Shown here in pieces: positions 9,575 through 20,305 of a stretch of DNA of 64,000 nt. The notes beneath the pieces were generated by a model, which did not search any database, was not told the DNA's origin, and saw nothing but the letters and a program-made list of their open reading frames with translations. Every line of letters starts with the position of its first letter. Within the stretch, counting starts at the first letter, position 1. The stretch comes from a virus: positions 32,001 to 96,000 of the IMG/VR virus record IMGVR_UViG_3300035180_000343; one strand, written 5' to 3'. The position numbers and the translations under genes were made by a program.

Positions 9575-10332
9575 TGATTGGAAATTCTCCTTATTATCAT
9601 GAACATATAAAACGATATGTATCGGCATTTGGATCGTTGTTCAATGACATGTCAATCGAAAGAAGGAATTCTTCTGGGGTATTATTAAAGACGATAAAGG
9701 TTCCATTGTCTTATTCAACAAAGGATAAGATAATTCAACGTTTCAAACAAAACATAGATTTGAACAATACGTTCAGAACAACATTGCCAAGAATGGCGTT
9801 CGTTATGACTAGCTTGTCATATGACGGAACAAGGAAACAGAATTCTTTAAATACTACCAAAATTGACTCGACTGGGTTAGTGTCTAATATGATGTATTCG
9901 CCTGCACCATATAATCTTGATTTCGAGCTAAATATTTGGACAAGTCATTTTGAAGATTCTCTCCAGATTGTCGAACAGATTTTGCCATTCTTTCAACCTG
10001 AATATACAATTGCAATAGATGAAATTCCATCTCTTGGGATTGTTAGAGATATTCCAATTGTATTGAATGATGTTTCTTATTCAGACGACGCAGAAGGTAA
10101 TTTCGAAGATGTGCGAACAATTGAATGGAACTTAACATTTACTCTCAAAGGATATATGTTCGGGCCAATTAAAACATCGAAAATTATTAAACAAACCGAC
10201 ACTGATATATTTACGGTTGATTTTAATAGTTCTGGAGAGGATTATCGGTCAACTGTTTCGCCATTGGGTGCAATGGAAACTGATCCACATACGATTGTCG
10301 ACACACAAATATCTATACCGCCAGAAGTATAA
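9574..10332 (+). CDS. gp15: Tail terminator / sheath stabiliser gp15
   Basis: YYHEHIKRYVSAFGSLFND..IKVPLSY..LPRMAF..PYNLDFEL..QIVEQILPFFQP. Confidence 0.95.
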   Translation: MIGNSPYYHEHIKRYVSAFGSLFNDMSIERRNSSGVLLKTIKVPLSYSTKDKIIQRFKQNIDLNNTFRTTLPRMAFVMTSLSYDGTRKQNSLNTTKIDSTGLVSNMMYSPAPYNLDFELNIWTSHFEDSLQIVEQILPFFQPEYTIAIDEIPSLGIVRDIPIVLNDVSYSDDAEGNFEDVRTIEWNLTFTLKGYMFGPIKTSKIIKQTDTDIFTVDFNSSGEDYRSTVSPLGAMETDPHTIVDTQISIPPEV

Positions 10333-10335
10333 ATA
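10328..10335 (+). promoter_or_regulatory. T4-type late promoter TATAAATA
   Basis: Exact consensus 22 nt upstream of the gp8 start. Confidence 0.75.
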
Positions 10336-10357
10336 AGCTAAAAATTGGGATTAAATC

Positions 10358-11647
10358 ATGAGCGCAATTATTACCAAGGAAATGTCTTTTTTCGGTGCTT
10401 CACAATTTATTGAAGCGTTCGGAGAAGGTCAGGATAACGTATACTTAGCAATTGGGAAACAGACACCATGGAATTCTGAGATTGCTCCAGATATTCCAAT
10501 TGATAATGTTTCTTCTTATTATAACGATTATAGAGATATTATTGCGGCTAAGAAGATTACGCCACAAGACGTGTCGTTTGTCATTCCAAGAGTTGAATGG
10601 ACATCTGGAACTGTTTATTCGATGTATGACGATACCGATAATGCAATATATGTCAAAGAGTTCTATGTCAGGACTCCAGACAACAGAGTTTGGAAATGTA
10701 TTTCGAATAATAATAATGCTGTGTCTGTTTCTCAGCCGACACTTCCAATTATCTCCAATGTAACCGATGTCGTTCAAACTGCGGATGGATATTTGTGGAA
10801 GTATATGTTTTCCATTAGCAATGCTCAATTCTTAACTAACAATTGGATTCCAGTTAGCACTCTATTGGCCGATGACGGGTCACACCAATGGACAATTCAA
10901 CAATCGGCAATTGACGGCGCGATTCACGTTATTAAAGTCATAAATCAAGGCTCCGGATATATCGGAACCCCAACTGTTCAGATTGTTGGAGATGGTATCG
11001 GGGCTACAGCAACTGCTAATGTAGTTGGTGGTTTCGTAACATCTATTACAGTGACATCAATTGGGTCGGGATATAATTGGGCAACTGTTACGATTAGTGG
11101 TGGCGGTGGTGTCGGTGCGACTGCTAGAGCAATCATTCCGCCAACTGGCGGCCATGGAAAAGATGCGGTTAAGGAATTGGGCGGTAACCGAGTGATGATC
11201 ATGATGACTCTTAATAATAATGAGTCACAGAAGTTTACGACATCAAACGATTATAGAAAAATTATATTGATTCGAAATCCAATGGCGGTTGGAAACATTC
11301 CTGCATCCGGATCAGTATACGATCTCTCAACTAGATTGACATTCAATTCAACCACTGCTCAATATCAAGTTGACGAAACGATAACAGGACAAACAAGTGG
11401 AGCAACTGCCAGTGTAATTGATTATAATTCGTCCTCAAAAACTGCTAGAATAAATCATGTTTCTGGAACATTTGCAGTCGGAGAAACCGTCGTCGGCGCA
11501 ACATCAACTGCATCTGGAGCAATAAATACGATTACCAATCCAGAATTTAATTTGTTTACTGGTGAAATATTGTTCAGAGACTATCGGTTAGCAATTAACA
11601 GATCTCCAACGCAAAATGAAACCATCGGTCTTGTTGTCGACTTCTAA
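10358..11647 (+). CDS. gp8: Baseplate wedge subunit gp8
   Basis: VIPRVEWTSGTVYSMYDD, FYV..RVWKCISNN, TADGYLWKYMF, GGHGKDAVKELGG. Confidence 0.92.
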   Translation: MSAIITKEMSFFGASQFIEAFGEGQDNVYLAIGKQTPWNSEIAPDIPIDNVSSYYNDYRDIIAAKKITPQDVSFVIPRVEWTSGTVYSMYDDTDNAIYVKEFYVRTPDNRVWKCISNNNNAVSVSQPTLPIISNVTDVVQTADGYLWKYMFSISNAQFLTNNWIPVSTLLADDGSHQWTIQQSAIDGAIHVIKVINQGSGYIGTPTVQIVGDGIGATATANVVGGFVTSITVTSIGSGYNWATVTISGGGGVGATARAIIPPTGGHGKDAVKELGGNRVMIMMTLNNNESQKFTTSNDYRKIILIRNPMAVGNIPASGSVYDLSTRLTFNSTTAQYQVDETITGQTSGATASVIDYNSSSKTARINHVSGTFAVGETVVGATSTASGAINTITNPEFNLFTGEILFRDYRLAINRSPTQNETIGLVVDF

Positions 11648-11657
11648 GGAATCGTAA

Positions 11658-12947
11658 ATGGCAATCACATTAAGAAGAAATAAAGGTTTGCCACTTACCT
11701 TTAGTGAGCTTGACACGAACTTTGACGAATTAAACACAGGCAAGTTAAATAAGGCTGGCGATACAATGACGGGACCATTGGTTCTTTCTGGTGCGCCAAC
11801 TCAAAATTTACATGCGGCAACTAAATTATACGTAGATTCACAGCTTGCATCACCGAGTGGGGCAGTTTTACTTACTGGATCGACGATGTCTGGTCCGTTG
11901 GTTCTTTCCGGCGCACCAACCGTTAATCTTCAAGCTGCAACAAAACTTTATGTCGATAGTGGCATTTCAACTCTAAGTAGCTCTGTTACTACATCCCTTT
12001 CTGGAAAGGTTGATAAATCTGGATCAACGATGACTGGTGCGTTGGGCCTTATAGCTGGTTCCAATTCTTCACCATCATTATTTTTTACTGGGGATATCCA
12101 GACTGGAATATTTAACGGTTCCGCCGGCGAAGTCAGTTTAGTATCTGCTGGAACAAAATCTGCCGCCGCAAATAACGGCGTGTTCGGAATCTTTCAACAT
12201 AACACCACATATTCATCAAATTTAAATATTGGAGCATCGAGAACTGTTGCTGGTACTTCTTCAATTAATCTTATTGGAGATTTAACCTATACAACATTTG
12301 GGCTTCAATTGCAACGGGCTTCGACGGTCAATGGCAATTCGACTATTACACATAGGGGGACGGGTGAACTTTCTTTAAATGTTCAAGACGCCGGATCGTT
12401 GAAGTTCTATATTGGTAGCACTTCTTTTGTAAATATCGGACCCGACGGCACAGTAACTTCCGATAACCTTACTGTCAGACCGAACGCAACGGTTTCGACT
12501 CAAGGTGGGGCGCTATTATTGGCTGGAACTGTTGCTAGAACTGGTTTTTATTTAGATGAAAACAACGATGTCTTTCGAGTTCGAAACGATGGAATTGTTT
12601 ATTTTTCTGTAGACAAGAGTGGCAATATTACTGGGAAGAACGGTTTAATAATTAAACCGTTCTCTGCTTGGACTATTATAACAGGAAACACCATAGCAAC
12701 AGATGGCGGAAGATATTTAGCAAATACAACTTCTGCTGCATTTACTTTAACGCTCCCCGCTTCTCCAACAGTTGGAATGGCAATTAAAGTTAATGACTAT
12801 GCTGGAACATTTGCTTCAAAAAATTTAACAATTGCAAGAAATGGTTCAAATATTATGGGTCTAGCTCAGGATATGACACTGAGCACAAACAATTTCTCGA
12901 GAGAATTCACTTATGTCGATTCTACTCGCGGTTGGCAACTCATTTAA
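11658..12947 (+). CDS. Tail fibre protein
   Basis: MAITLRRNKG.PLTFSELD.NF start; AATKLYVD repeats; C-terminal FTLTLPASPTVG module. Confidence 0.75.
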   Translation: MAITLRRNKGLPLTFSELDTNFDELNTGKLNKAGDTMTGPLVLSGAPTQNLHAATKLYVDSQLASPSGAVLLTGSTMSGPLVLSGAPTVNLQAATKLYVDSGISTLSSSVTTSLSGKVDKSGSTMTGALGLIAGSNSSPSLFFTGDIQTGIFNGSAGEVSLVSAGTKSAAANNGVFGIFQHNTTYSSNLNIGASRTVAGTSSINLIGDLTYTTFGLQLQRASTVNGNSTITHRGTGELSLNVQDAGSLKFYIGSTSFVNIGPDGTVTSDNLTVRPNATVSTQGGALLLAGTVARTGFYLDENNDVFRVRNDGIVYFSVDKSGNITGKNGLIIKPFSAWTIITGNTIATDGGRYLANTTSAAFTLTLPASPTVGMAIKVNDYAGTFASKNLTIARNGSNIMGLAQDMTLSTNNFSREFTYVDSTRGWQLI

Positions 12948-12986
12948 CATATCAACACCGGAAGATAAGATAGGGTTTCAAGCCAC

Positions 12987-15900
12987 ATGGAAAAGATGAA
13001 CACGGGGATCGCCCCATATTTTGATGATTTCGATAAAACAAAACATTTTCATCGTGTTTTGTTCAAGCCCGAAGTCGCAGTGCAAGCGCGAGAACTGAAC
13101 ACCGCACAATCAATTCAACAAAGCCAAATCAATCAATTTGGTGATCATATCTTCAAGAATGGGTCCGTAGTTCGCCCAGGTGGTACATCATATAAGACAG
13201 TGCCATTTATCCGTGTTCAACAAACATATCTTGGAGTAGCAATTGACCCGACGCAATATCTCGACAATATAATTGTTCAAGATTCGACTGGATTGCGAGC
13301 ACGAGTCAACTTTATTGTGACCGACACAACCGAATATAGGTTTTATTTAAATTATCTTAATTCTGGATCACTTGGTACGACGAGAGAGTTCAATAATACC
13401 GAAGCATTTCATGTCGAGGCCGCTCCGGGGATCCAAGTTGTCTATGGTCAACCGAATGCAACAAACCATACTGGTATTGGCCAACTTGCGTCCATTGCAG
13501 ATGGAACATATTATGTTAATGGGTTCTTCGTTGGTGTTGACGCACAGACGGTTGAGATGGGAACAGATGCATCGACGTTAAGTGTTACGGTTGGATTAGA
13601 AGTAATCGAAGAAATCGTAACTCATATGGATGATGAATCTTTATATGACAATGCAATGGGATCTCCTAACGAAAATGCACCTGGAGCCGATCGTCTAAAG
13701 ATTTCTCTCCTGTTCAAATCATATGACTTGACAACAGATCTGACTGGAAAAATATTCATCGAACTTCTTAGATTTGAAAATGGAATTCTTAAAATTCATA
13801 AAATCAATTCTGAATATTCCGATCTTGAAAGAACATTAGCACGTCGTACATATGATGAATCTGGCGATTATTCAGTTGCTCCATATCAAATTGTTGCGTT
13901 AAACCATCAAAAACTTTCCCAAGGAGATTCGCAGGGGTTCGTTATCAATGGCAATCCAGATTGGTTTGCATTATCCATTGGCCCTGGTAAATCATATGTT
14001 CGCGGTTACGAAATTGAAACTATATCAAACGAATATGTCACGGGCGTTAGAGCACGTGGACCCGATCACATTATCCAAACAGATGACAAATCTTTAGTTG
14101 CATATAGTGGTCAGTATATTTGGGTTGCTGGGTTTATTTCTGGACTAACCGCTGGGATTCCAGCAACCACGAATTTCTCAATTAGTTTGTTTTCAGACAC
14201 TGCATTTACAACTCAGATCGGCACTGCAACTGTTCGTGGAGTTCAACTGGATCAAGACTTATTTGGTCAACCTGGAACTCCAAATATAAACGCATATCGG
14301 TTCTATATTCACACGTTGTCGATGAATCCTGGACATCAATTATCTGAATCTGCTGTATGGAAAAATTCTGCGTCAAATCATGGAGTTGTTCTCCATGCCG
14401 TTTCCCTTATAAATGTTACCACGCCGTTTATAACTGGTGATATAATTACAGAATCACAAACACTCAGAACTGCGACAATTTATCGTTGGATTCCAGAATT
14501 AGCAACTGCCCTTGTTTATCGACATAATCCAGCAAACCAGATTCCCAGACAAGGAAAGTTGATCTCGTCTGGAACTAAGACTGCGACTATCCAAAGTGTA
14601 ATTTCTAACAATATAACAGGAGATGTATTAAATATTCCAACATTGTTTACACTGCCGAACCAGTATATTAAGAGTATAAGAAACGCATCGAATGAATCAG
14701 AAGTAAGTTTTTATTATCTGAAACCAGTTCAGGTTATTGCAGATTCAAACGGAGTATTTACATCTGGAACAGTGACTGCTACAAACGAAAGTCTCGAAAC
14801 CAATCTTTCGGAATATGTTGGCGTAGTTCAATCTGGAACATCTGCCGGATTCATGTCAATGCTTCCAACTCAAATGGCTATCAGTTCTGATCAAAAGAGT
14901 TTTATTTGGTCACCAGTTGGGCTAACGGCATCGAATTTTGCTGGTGTTACTGCAACATTTTTAGTTCCAATTTATAAGACTAATGTGGTTGAAAAAACAA
15001 AAACAAAAACAACAATTACGAATGAGCCAGTTAGCATTGCGTCGATTGCAACTTCATACGTAAATCTAACGAAAGCAGACGTAATTCGAATCGTTTCTAT
15101 CACCGATCCTGGAAATTCCAATAGAGACATCACATCCGATTTCTTGTTTGATAACGGACAACGTGATTATGTTTATAAATTGGGATCTATTATGCTAAAA
15201 CCCGGTGCAAATATGCCGCGTGGATCGGACGGAGTTAACAGTGTTATCAGTGTTACATATGAATATTTTAGTCATTCCTCAGGTGATTATATAAGCGTAA
15301 ACAGTTATCCAGTATTCGAAGAGATTCCTCAGTTTGTATCGAAAATTAGTGGAAATACATATAATCTTCGTGATTGTCTCGACTTTAGGCCAATCGAGAA
15401 TGGTTCGTCATCTAGTTTTCTTTTGAATCAATCTAGAGTTAGTTTCAGTTATCAATACTATACGCACAGAATCGACAAGTTAATTTTAATGAGTGACGGA
15501 ACATTCAGACTTCTCAAAGGAATTCCTGGGTCGGCTACTGCACCGCAAGCTCTCGACTCGTCAATGCCAGTTGCGGATATAACAGTTCTTCCATATACAT
15601 ATACGAACAAAGACATCTTGATAAAGATGTATGATAATCGTCGATATACCATGCGAGACATTGGAAAACTTGATGCTAGAATTACCAATGTTGAGAACTA
15701 TACTACAATGTCTCTTTTGGAGATGGATACAAAAAATCTAAAAATCACAGATGCAGAAACTGGGTTAGACCGATTTAAATCTGGATTCTTTGTTGATTCG
15801 TTTGACTCATATGAAAGTGGCAATCAAGGAAACCCAGAGTTCAAATGCACCGTATATTACAAAATGAAATCGGTTTATCCACAAGAAATCAGAGAGAATA

Positions 15901-16166
15901 TTCCACTTCTATTCAATGAGCTTGATAGTGATGATGTTGCGAAGGTGGGCAATAAAATCATGCTTCCATATACAGAAGTGACAAAGATTACACAACCTTA
16001 CGCAACACATACTATTAACCTTCAACCATATGATAGTTATTTCTGGGAAGGGAAGATCCAACTTTTCCCATCGAAAGATGTATGGAACGAAACTGCCTTT
16101 GCACCAGATAAATCGGGGAGCTTTTCTGAAGTAGACTTGCAAGAGGACGTCACCTCTGTTTTTTGA
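12987..16166 (+). CDS. VrlC/DUF4815-type large virion protein, N-terminal part
   Basis: PYFDDFD..FHRVLFKP..VQARELN..Q; NAPGADRLKI; LARRTYDESGDY; DRFKSGFFVDSF. Confidence 0.85.
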   Translation: MEKMNTGIAPYFDDFDKTKHFHRVLFKPEVAVQARELNTAQSIQQSQINQFGDHIFKNGSVVRPGGTSYKTVPFIRVQQTYLGVAIDPTQYLDNIIVQDSTGLRARVNFIVTDTTEYRFYLNYLNSGSLGTTREFNNTEAFHVEAAPGIQVVYGQPNATNHTGIGQLASIADGTYYVNGFFVGVDAQTVEMGTDASTLSVTVGLEVIEEIVTHMDDESLYDNAMGSPNENAPGADRLKISLLFKSYDLTTDLTGKIFIELLRFENGILKIHKINSEYSDLERTLARRTYDESGDYSVAPYQIVALNHQKLSQGDSQGFVINGNPDWFALSIGPGKSYVRGYEIETISNEYVTGVRARGPDHIIQTDDKSLVAYSGQYIWVAGFISGLTAGIPATTNFSISLFSDTAFTTQIGTATVRGVQLDQDLFGQPGTPNINAYRFYIHTLSMNPGHQLSESAVWKNSASNHGVVLHAVSLINVTTPFITGDIITESQTLRTATIYRWIPELATALVYRHNPANQIPRQGKLISSGTKTATIQSVISNNITGDVLNIPTLFTLPNQYIKSIRNASNESEVSFYYLKPVQVIADSNGVFTSGTVTATNESLETNLSEYVGVVQSGTSAGFMSMLPTQMAISSDQKSFIWSPVGLTASNFAGVTATFLVPIYKTNVVEKTKTKTTITNEPVSIASIATSYVNLTKADVIRIVSITDPGNSNRDITSDFLFDNGQRDYVYKLGSIMLKPGANMPRGSDGVNSVISVTYEYFSHSSGDYISVNSYPVFEEIPQFVSKISGNTYNLRDCLDFRPIENGSSSSFLLNQSRVSFSYQYYTHRIDKLILMSDGTFRLLKGIPGSATAPQALDSSMPVADITVLPYTYTNKDILIKMYDNRRYTMRDIGKLDARITNVENYTTMSLLEMDTKNLKITDAETGLDRFKSGFFVDSFDSYESGNQGNPEFKCTVYYKMKSVYPQEIRENIPLLFNELDSDDVAKVGNKIMLPYTEVTKITQPYATHTINLQPYDSYFWEGKIQLFPSKDVWNETAFAPDKSGSFSEVDLQEDVTSVF
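16142..16164 (+). terminator. Weak hairpin plus T-tract (AGAGG-ACGTCA-CCTCT-GTTTTTT) at the end of the VrlC N-part
   Basis: 5-bp stem followed by six T. Confidence 0.35.
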
Positions 16167-16335
16167 CTATTAACATCCACCGATATAGCAAGCTCCAGCA
16201 GTGTCGCCGTCTTAAGCAATTAACACGACTACTCCAGCATTGTGTTCAACTACATAATTTGGTGGCGAATAGGATTTTGTTACTGATCCTAAACTATCCA
16301 TAATAAATACTTCAAATACAACGGATAATATAACA

Positions 16336-18672
16336 ATGTCTATTATTTTAGAGCCTTTTACAGTATCGTCAACAAGAACTAGCATTCTCGGCTCAATTGC
16401 TAGAATTTCCTATACTCAGATTCCTTATATGCGATCGATTGTGATCAGAATATATGGATCTGGGTTCAAACCTAAAACAAAATTGCTTTGTTTTTTCGAC
16501 GACTTGTATGTGGGTCAGTTGGTTAGACCAGTAACAAGTGTTGCTGTCCCTCCGTCGAATTATCAACCAAATTCAACGCTTAATGAAAGACCGCTAGATA
16601 CCAGAAATCTTGTCTCGAGAATATATTCTGCAGAAGAGTTAGCAACTCGCTTTCCAGACTTACTTCTTAATATTCAAGGTTGGGTGAAGGATAAAGTATT
16701 TGCCGATGGGTCTGCTATTTTTAAATCTGAATTTGGACAATCTATTTCACAATTTCCATTTTTAATAAAAGGTACTACAAATTCTGGCACTGCAGTTGTG
16801 CCTGGAGCTCCAGTTTCCGGATCGACATCTGGAGAAACTGGAGCATTCGGCGACGATATTATAACCAATGATAACGGTGAATTTTTATTAGATTTTAATG
16901 TTCCTCCTTTAACATTCAGAACTGGTCGACGAAAATTTCAAGTTACAGATACGACCGATCCAACTGTTACTTCTCTTACTGGCGGGTCTGCTATTTTTAC
17001 CGCAGAGGGAACATTGAACACATATCAAACTACGTATACATATCGGACAATTACTGAAAATGTAACATTTGTAAATAATCCTGAATATACACAGGATACC
17101 ATGCCAGCTGCTCCGACTCTACCGCCAATGATATGGATCGACTCCCGAGTTGATCCAGTTGCACAAACATTCTTCTTAGAAGGCGATGCATTTGCCGGAG
17201 GCGGGTTTCTAACTTCGGTCGATCTTTATTTTGCAAAAAGAGATGATGCAGTTCCAGTTAGATTGGAGATAAGAAACGTTGTCAACGGATATCCAGGGTC
17301 TGATGTCTATTCAACCGTTGTTAAGAATGCAAAAGACATTTTAACGTCAAACGATTCATCTGTCGCAACTAATTTTAGGTTAGATGAACCAATCTTTCTT
17401 GAAGAAAATGGACAGTATTGTTTTGTCGTTATAACGATGTCCAAAAGATATCAAATCTGGGCATCCGAGTTCGGCGAGAAAGCAGTTGATAGTAACAAAA
17501 TTATCACTGAACAACCTAACCTTGGGTCATTGTTTAAATCACAAAACAACACAACATGGACTGCCGAACAAAAAGAAGATTTGAAATTTAGATTGAACTT
17601 CGCAAAGTTTGACATTTCCCAAGATAGAACAGTTAAATTCAACAACGCAATTGGAAGGCAGTTTCATTCTAATACTTCTGTGTTCAGTGCGTCGATGGTA
17701 AATGCTACAACCGTTCGAATTGATATGGTTATGGAAAACCATGGATTTGGAAATAACGGATCAACTGGCAAACTTCCAATAACAGTAAATCCAGAATTTG
17801 TCGATTCTAGAACTGGAATTACCGGATATATGTTGACTGGAACATTTGATGTCATATCTGTTATTAACGAATCAATAGGAGTCGATGATGTCTTGAGTTT
17901 CAATATCACTTATTCCATGCCAGCATCATTGGGATCTACTACTATAAGACTTGATAGCTCTGGGGAAGTATGGGCAGATGGCAATACGTTGATGGATCAA
18001 GTTATGTTTGACATCGGTTCCAGTAAACTTGATGGAACAACTATTCAGTCAAGTGCAAGATTTACGTCTGGTCAAAGCCCATGCTCAACTGTTCAAATTC
18101 CTTATTCGAAAGATATATCGTCGACAGCGTTCGACAATTTGAACTATATTATGTTCAAGCAAACGATGTTAATTGCCAATAAAACAAACGAATGGGCAAA
18201 AATGAATGGAGTTTCTTCAGTTGATGTTGATATAGTATTATCTTCATCTAACGAAAACGTTTCCCCATGGGTTAAGAATGAAATGGCATCGTTGTCCGCA
18301 ACTGGGCATCGAATAAATCGGGTTAATCCAAGCGCGTACCTGACGAATAAAGTAACTCTTGTTACTCCAGCGACTAGTCTAAGGTGTTTCTTGGGTGCAA
18401 GCAAACCACAAGGTTCCGAATTATTGTTGTTCTATCGAGTTTCTGATATAAGTGAAGAGTCCCATGAATCAAAACCATGGATTCAAACTTATGCGGCAGC
18501 AGATGCTACTTCGTCGACTCCAACAGATTTCAAAGAATTTGTTTATGACATTGAAACCGATTCACCATTCACGGTATTTGATTTTAAGATTGTTATGAGA
18601 GGAGAGGCTGATATAGGCAACTCCGCAATGTATCCAATTCTAAAAGACTTCCGCGCGGTTGCAACGGCATGA
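16336..18672 (+). CDS. VrlC/DUF4815-type protein, C-terminal part
   Basis: IPYMRS..GFKPKTKL..FFD; DPVAQTF..GGFLTSVDLYF; SLFKSQN.TTWTA.Q.EDLKF; P.LKDFRAVATA end. Confidence 0.85.
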   Translation: MSIILEPFTVSSTRTSILGSIARISYTQIPYMRSIVIRIYGSGFKPKTKLLCFFDDLYVGQLVRPVTSVAVPPSNYQPNSTLNERPLDTRNLVSRIYSAEELATRFPDLLLNIQGWVKDKVFADGSAIFKSEFGQSISQFPFLIKGTTNSGTAVVPGAPVSGSTSGETGAFGDDIITNDNGEFLLDFNVPPLTFRTGRRKFQVTDTTDPTVTSLTGGSAIFTAEGTLNTYQTTYTYRTITENVTFVNNPEYTQDTMPAAPTLPPMIWIDSRVDPVAQTFFLEGDAFAGGGFLTSVDLYFAKRDDAVPVRLEIRNVVNGYPGSDVYSTVVKNAKDILTSNDSSVATNFRLDEPIFLEENGQYCFVVITMSKRYQIWASEFGEKAVDSNKIITEQPNLGSLFKSQNNTTWTAEQKEDLKFRLNFAKFDISQDRTVKFNNAIGRQFHSNTSVFSASMVNATTVRIDMVMENHGFGNNGSTGKLPITVNPEFVDSRTGITGYMLTGTFDVISVINESIGVDDVLSFNITYSMPASLGSTTIRLDSSGEVWADGNTLMDQVMFDIGSSKLDGTTIQSSARFTSGQSPCSTVQIPYSKDISSTAFDNLNYIMFKQTMLIANKTNEWAKMNGVSSVDVDIVLSSSNENVSPWVKNEMASLSATGHRINRVNPSAYLTNKVTLVTPATSLRCFLGASKPQGSELLLFYRVSDISEESHESKPWIQTYAAADATSSTPTDFKEFVYDIETDSPFTVFDFKIVMRGEADIGNSAMYPILKDFRAVATA

Positions 18673-18905
18673 GTTTAATAAAAGTAAAAGACGAAGAAAG
18701 TCTCGTTCGGGACTCTTCTTCGAATGCTTTAATAAATACTAATCTAAACGATTATCAGAATTTTGTTAAACAAAGAGAAATGGCAAGAATTCATAGAGCA
18801 ACCTTGGAAGAAACTCAATTGGATCTCATGAAATTAAAAGGTACCATTTCCGAGTTAGACAAAAAAATGAACATGATAATTCAGATGTTGACTACAAAGG
18901 ATTGA
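18669..18905 (+). CDS. Conserved small T4-like protein following VrlC
   Basis: IKVKD..SLVRDS.SNALINTN followed by a coiled coil. Confidence 0.7.
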   Translation: MSLIKVKDEESLVRDSSSNALINTNLNDYQNFVKQREMARIHRATLEETQLDLMKLKGTISELDKKMNMIIQMLTTKD

Positions 18906-18912
18906 TTGTAAG

Positions 18913-19359
18913 ATGGCTAAACCAAATATCACCCGTTTTTCGTCGTTCAAGACGTGGCTTGCGAATTTCAATCTTTTAGTAGATTCCGTCGGCGATCTTT
19001 CGACGCTGAACACAAATGCAAAGACTTCGGTTGTTAGTGCAGTGAACGAAGTTGCTTCTAATAGAGTTGCATCTCTTGTTAATGTGACATCTGCTACTTA
19101 TTCAGTTCTTACAACAGATTCTTACTTGACAATAAATTATGCTGGATCCGTTACATTGACATTACCGTCTGCGGCGACTTATCCAAATAGAATTCTTAAT
19201 GTTAGAACAATTACGGCAAATGCGGTCAATTCTGCAAACGCGAACGTAGTTCCAATTACTGGTGGGTCTCCGTCGACTTCGATATTGCCAGCAACCTCTG
19301 GAAAATGGGCACAGCTCATCTCGGATAGTTCAGCTTGGCAAATAGTTTCACAAGGATAA
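18913..19359 (+). CDS. Short fibre/fibritin-like virion protein
   Basis: VGDLSTLNTNAKTSVVSAVNE coiled segment plus TLTLPSA module. Confidence 0.6.
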   Translation: MAKPNITRFSSFKTWLANFNLLVDSVGDLSTLNTNAKTSVVSAVNEVASNRVASLVNVTSATYSVLTTDSYLTINYAGSVTLTLPSAATYPNRILNVRTITANAVNSANANVVPITGGSPSTSILPATSGKWAQLISDSSAWQIVSQG

Positions 19360-19366
19360 CATTTAG

Positions 19367-19975
19367 ATGGCAATAACTCTTCGACAAGCAAAAGGATCTC
19401 CTCTAACAATTGAGGAGATGGATGCTAACTTTTCTTACATTCAGTCTGAAATTGATGCTTTGGTTTCAAGTGGAGTTCCAAATGCGTCGGCAATTCCGGT
19501 TTCTCCTGTTGGTGGAGTGTCATCTACCAATGTCCAGAGCGCAATTGCCGAATTAGACGCCGAAAAAGCAACTCTTGCTCAGGCAGATATTGCTTCCAAT
19601 GTTCATGGGGCTACGTCAAAGACCACTCCAGTTGATGCAGACGAACTAGCAATTTCAGATAGCGCGTCTAGTTGGACATTGAAGAAACTTACGTGGGCGA
19701 ACCTGAAGGCAACATTGTCTTCATACTTTGTAAATATTTTTGCAAATATTTCTGGATCCGCATCCCAATCATTCTCGATGTCAACTGCGGTACCAGATAC
19801 GAACACTACCCAAGGTGCAACGACTGCGTTTGTGATTGGTCAAGCTGGAACGACGACTCCGGTAACTGTTGGCACTGCTGCTATTGGGTCATCGTTGAGA
19901 TATGCAAGGGCCGATCATAGCCATTCTGGTATAAATAATGGATATGCGGATATCGCTTTTTGGATGGGAATGTAA
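19367..19975 (+). CDS. Tail fibre-related protein
   Basis: Same MAITLRQAKGSPLT N-terminus as 11658; TNVQSAIAELD; YARADHSH. Confidence 0.65.
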   Translation: MAITLRQAKGSPLTIEEMDANFSYIQSEIDALVSSGVPNASAIPVSPVGGVSSTNVQSAIAELDAEKATLAQADIASNVHGATSKTTPVDADELAISDSASSWTLKKLTWANLKATLSSYFVNIFANISGSASQSFSMSTAVPDTNTTQGATTAFVIGQAGTTTPVTVGTAAIGSSLRYARADHSHSGINNGYADIAFWMGM

Positions 19976-19978
19976 AGA

Positions 19979-20305
19979 ATGTCTACACTGACAGCAAAAC
20001 AACTTTCACAGACTGCACTGAGTACGACTTTAACAACCGTATTATATACAGTTCCAGCATCTACTTCAACAATAGTAAAAGAAATCGTTCTTTGTAACAC
20101 TGACTCTGTTAGCAGAACTGTTACGCTTCGTGCTGGAAATGGAACTACAGTCGCTCAAACTATTTTAGCAGCAAAATCATTGGTTGCTGGAGAAACATTT
20201 ATACTATCTCTATCAACTGTTTTATCAGCTGCCAATATAATCAGTGGTGGGGCAAGTGTTGGGGCGATGGTTTCTTGTACTATTTCTGGAGTGGAGATAG
20301 TCTAA
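19979..20305 (+). CDS. Small tail-fibre-associated protein
   Basis: TTVLYTVPASTSTIVKEIVLCN family. Confidence 0.6.
   Translation: MSTLTAKQLSQTALSTTLTTVLYTVPASTSTIVKEIVLCNTDSVSRTVTLRAGNGTTVAQTILAAKSLVAGETFILSLSTVLSAANIISGGASVGAMVSCTISGVEIV

Noticed and set aside
16241-16270. tcaactac (reverse of the IS right-end gtagttga) inside the VrlC gap as a third mini-element
   Set aside because: Only 8 nt match; the adjoining cctttagggcgtg hairpin and left-end sequence are missing.
16164-16272. Group I intron or stop-codon reassignment explaining the VrlC gap
   Set aside because: About 110 nt is too short for a group I core and no P7 motif is seen. TAA, TAG and TGA all end clearly conserved genes elsewhere, so the standard code applies.
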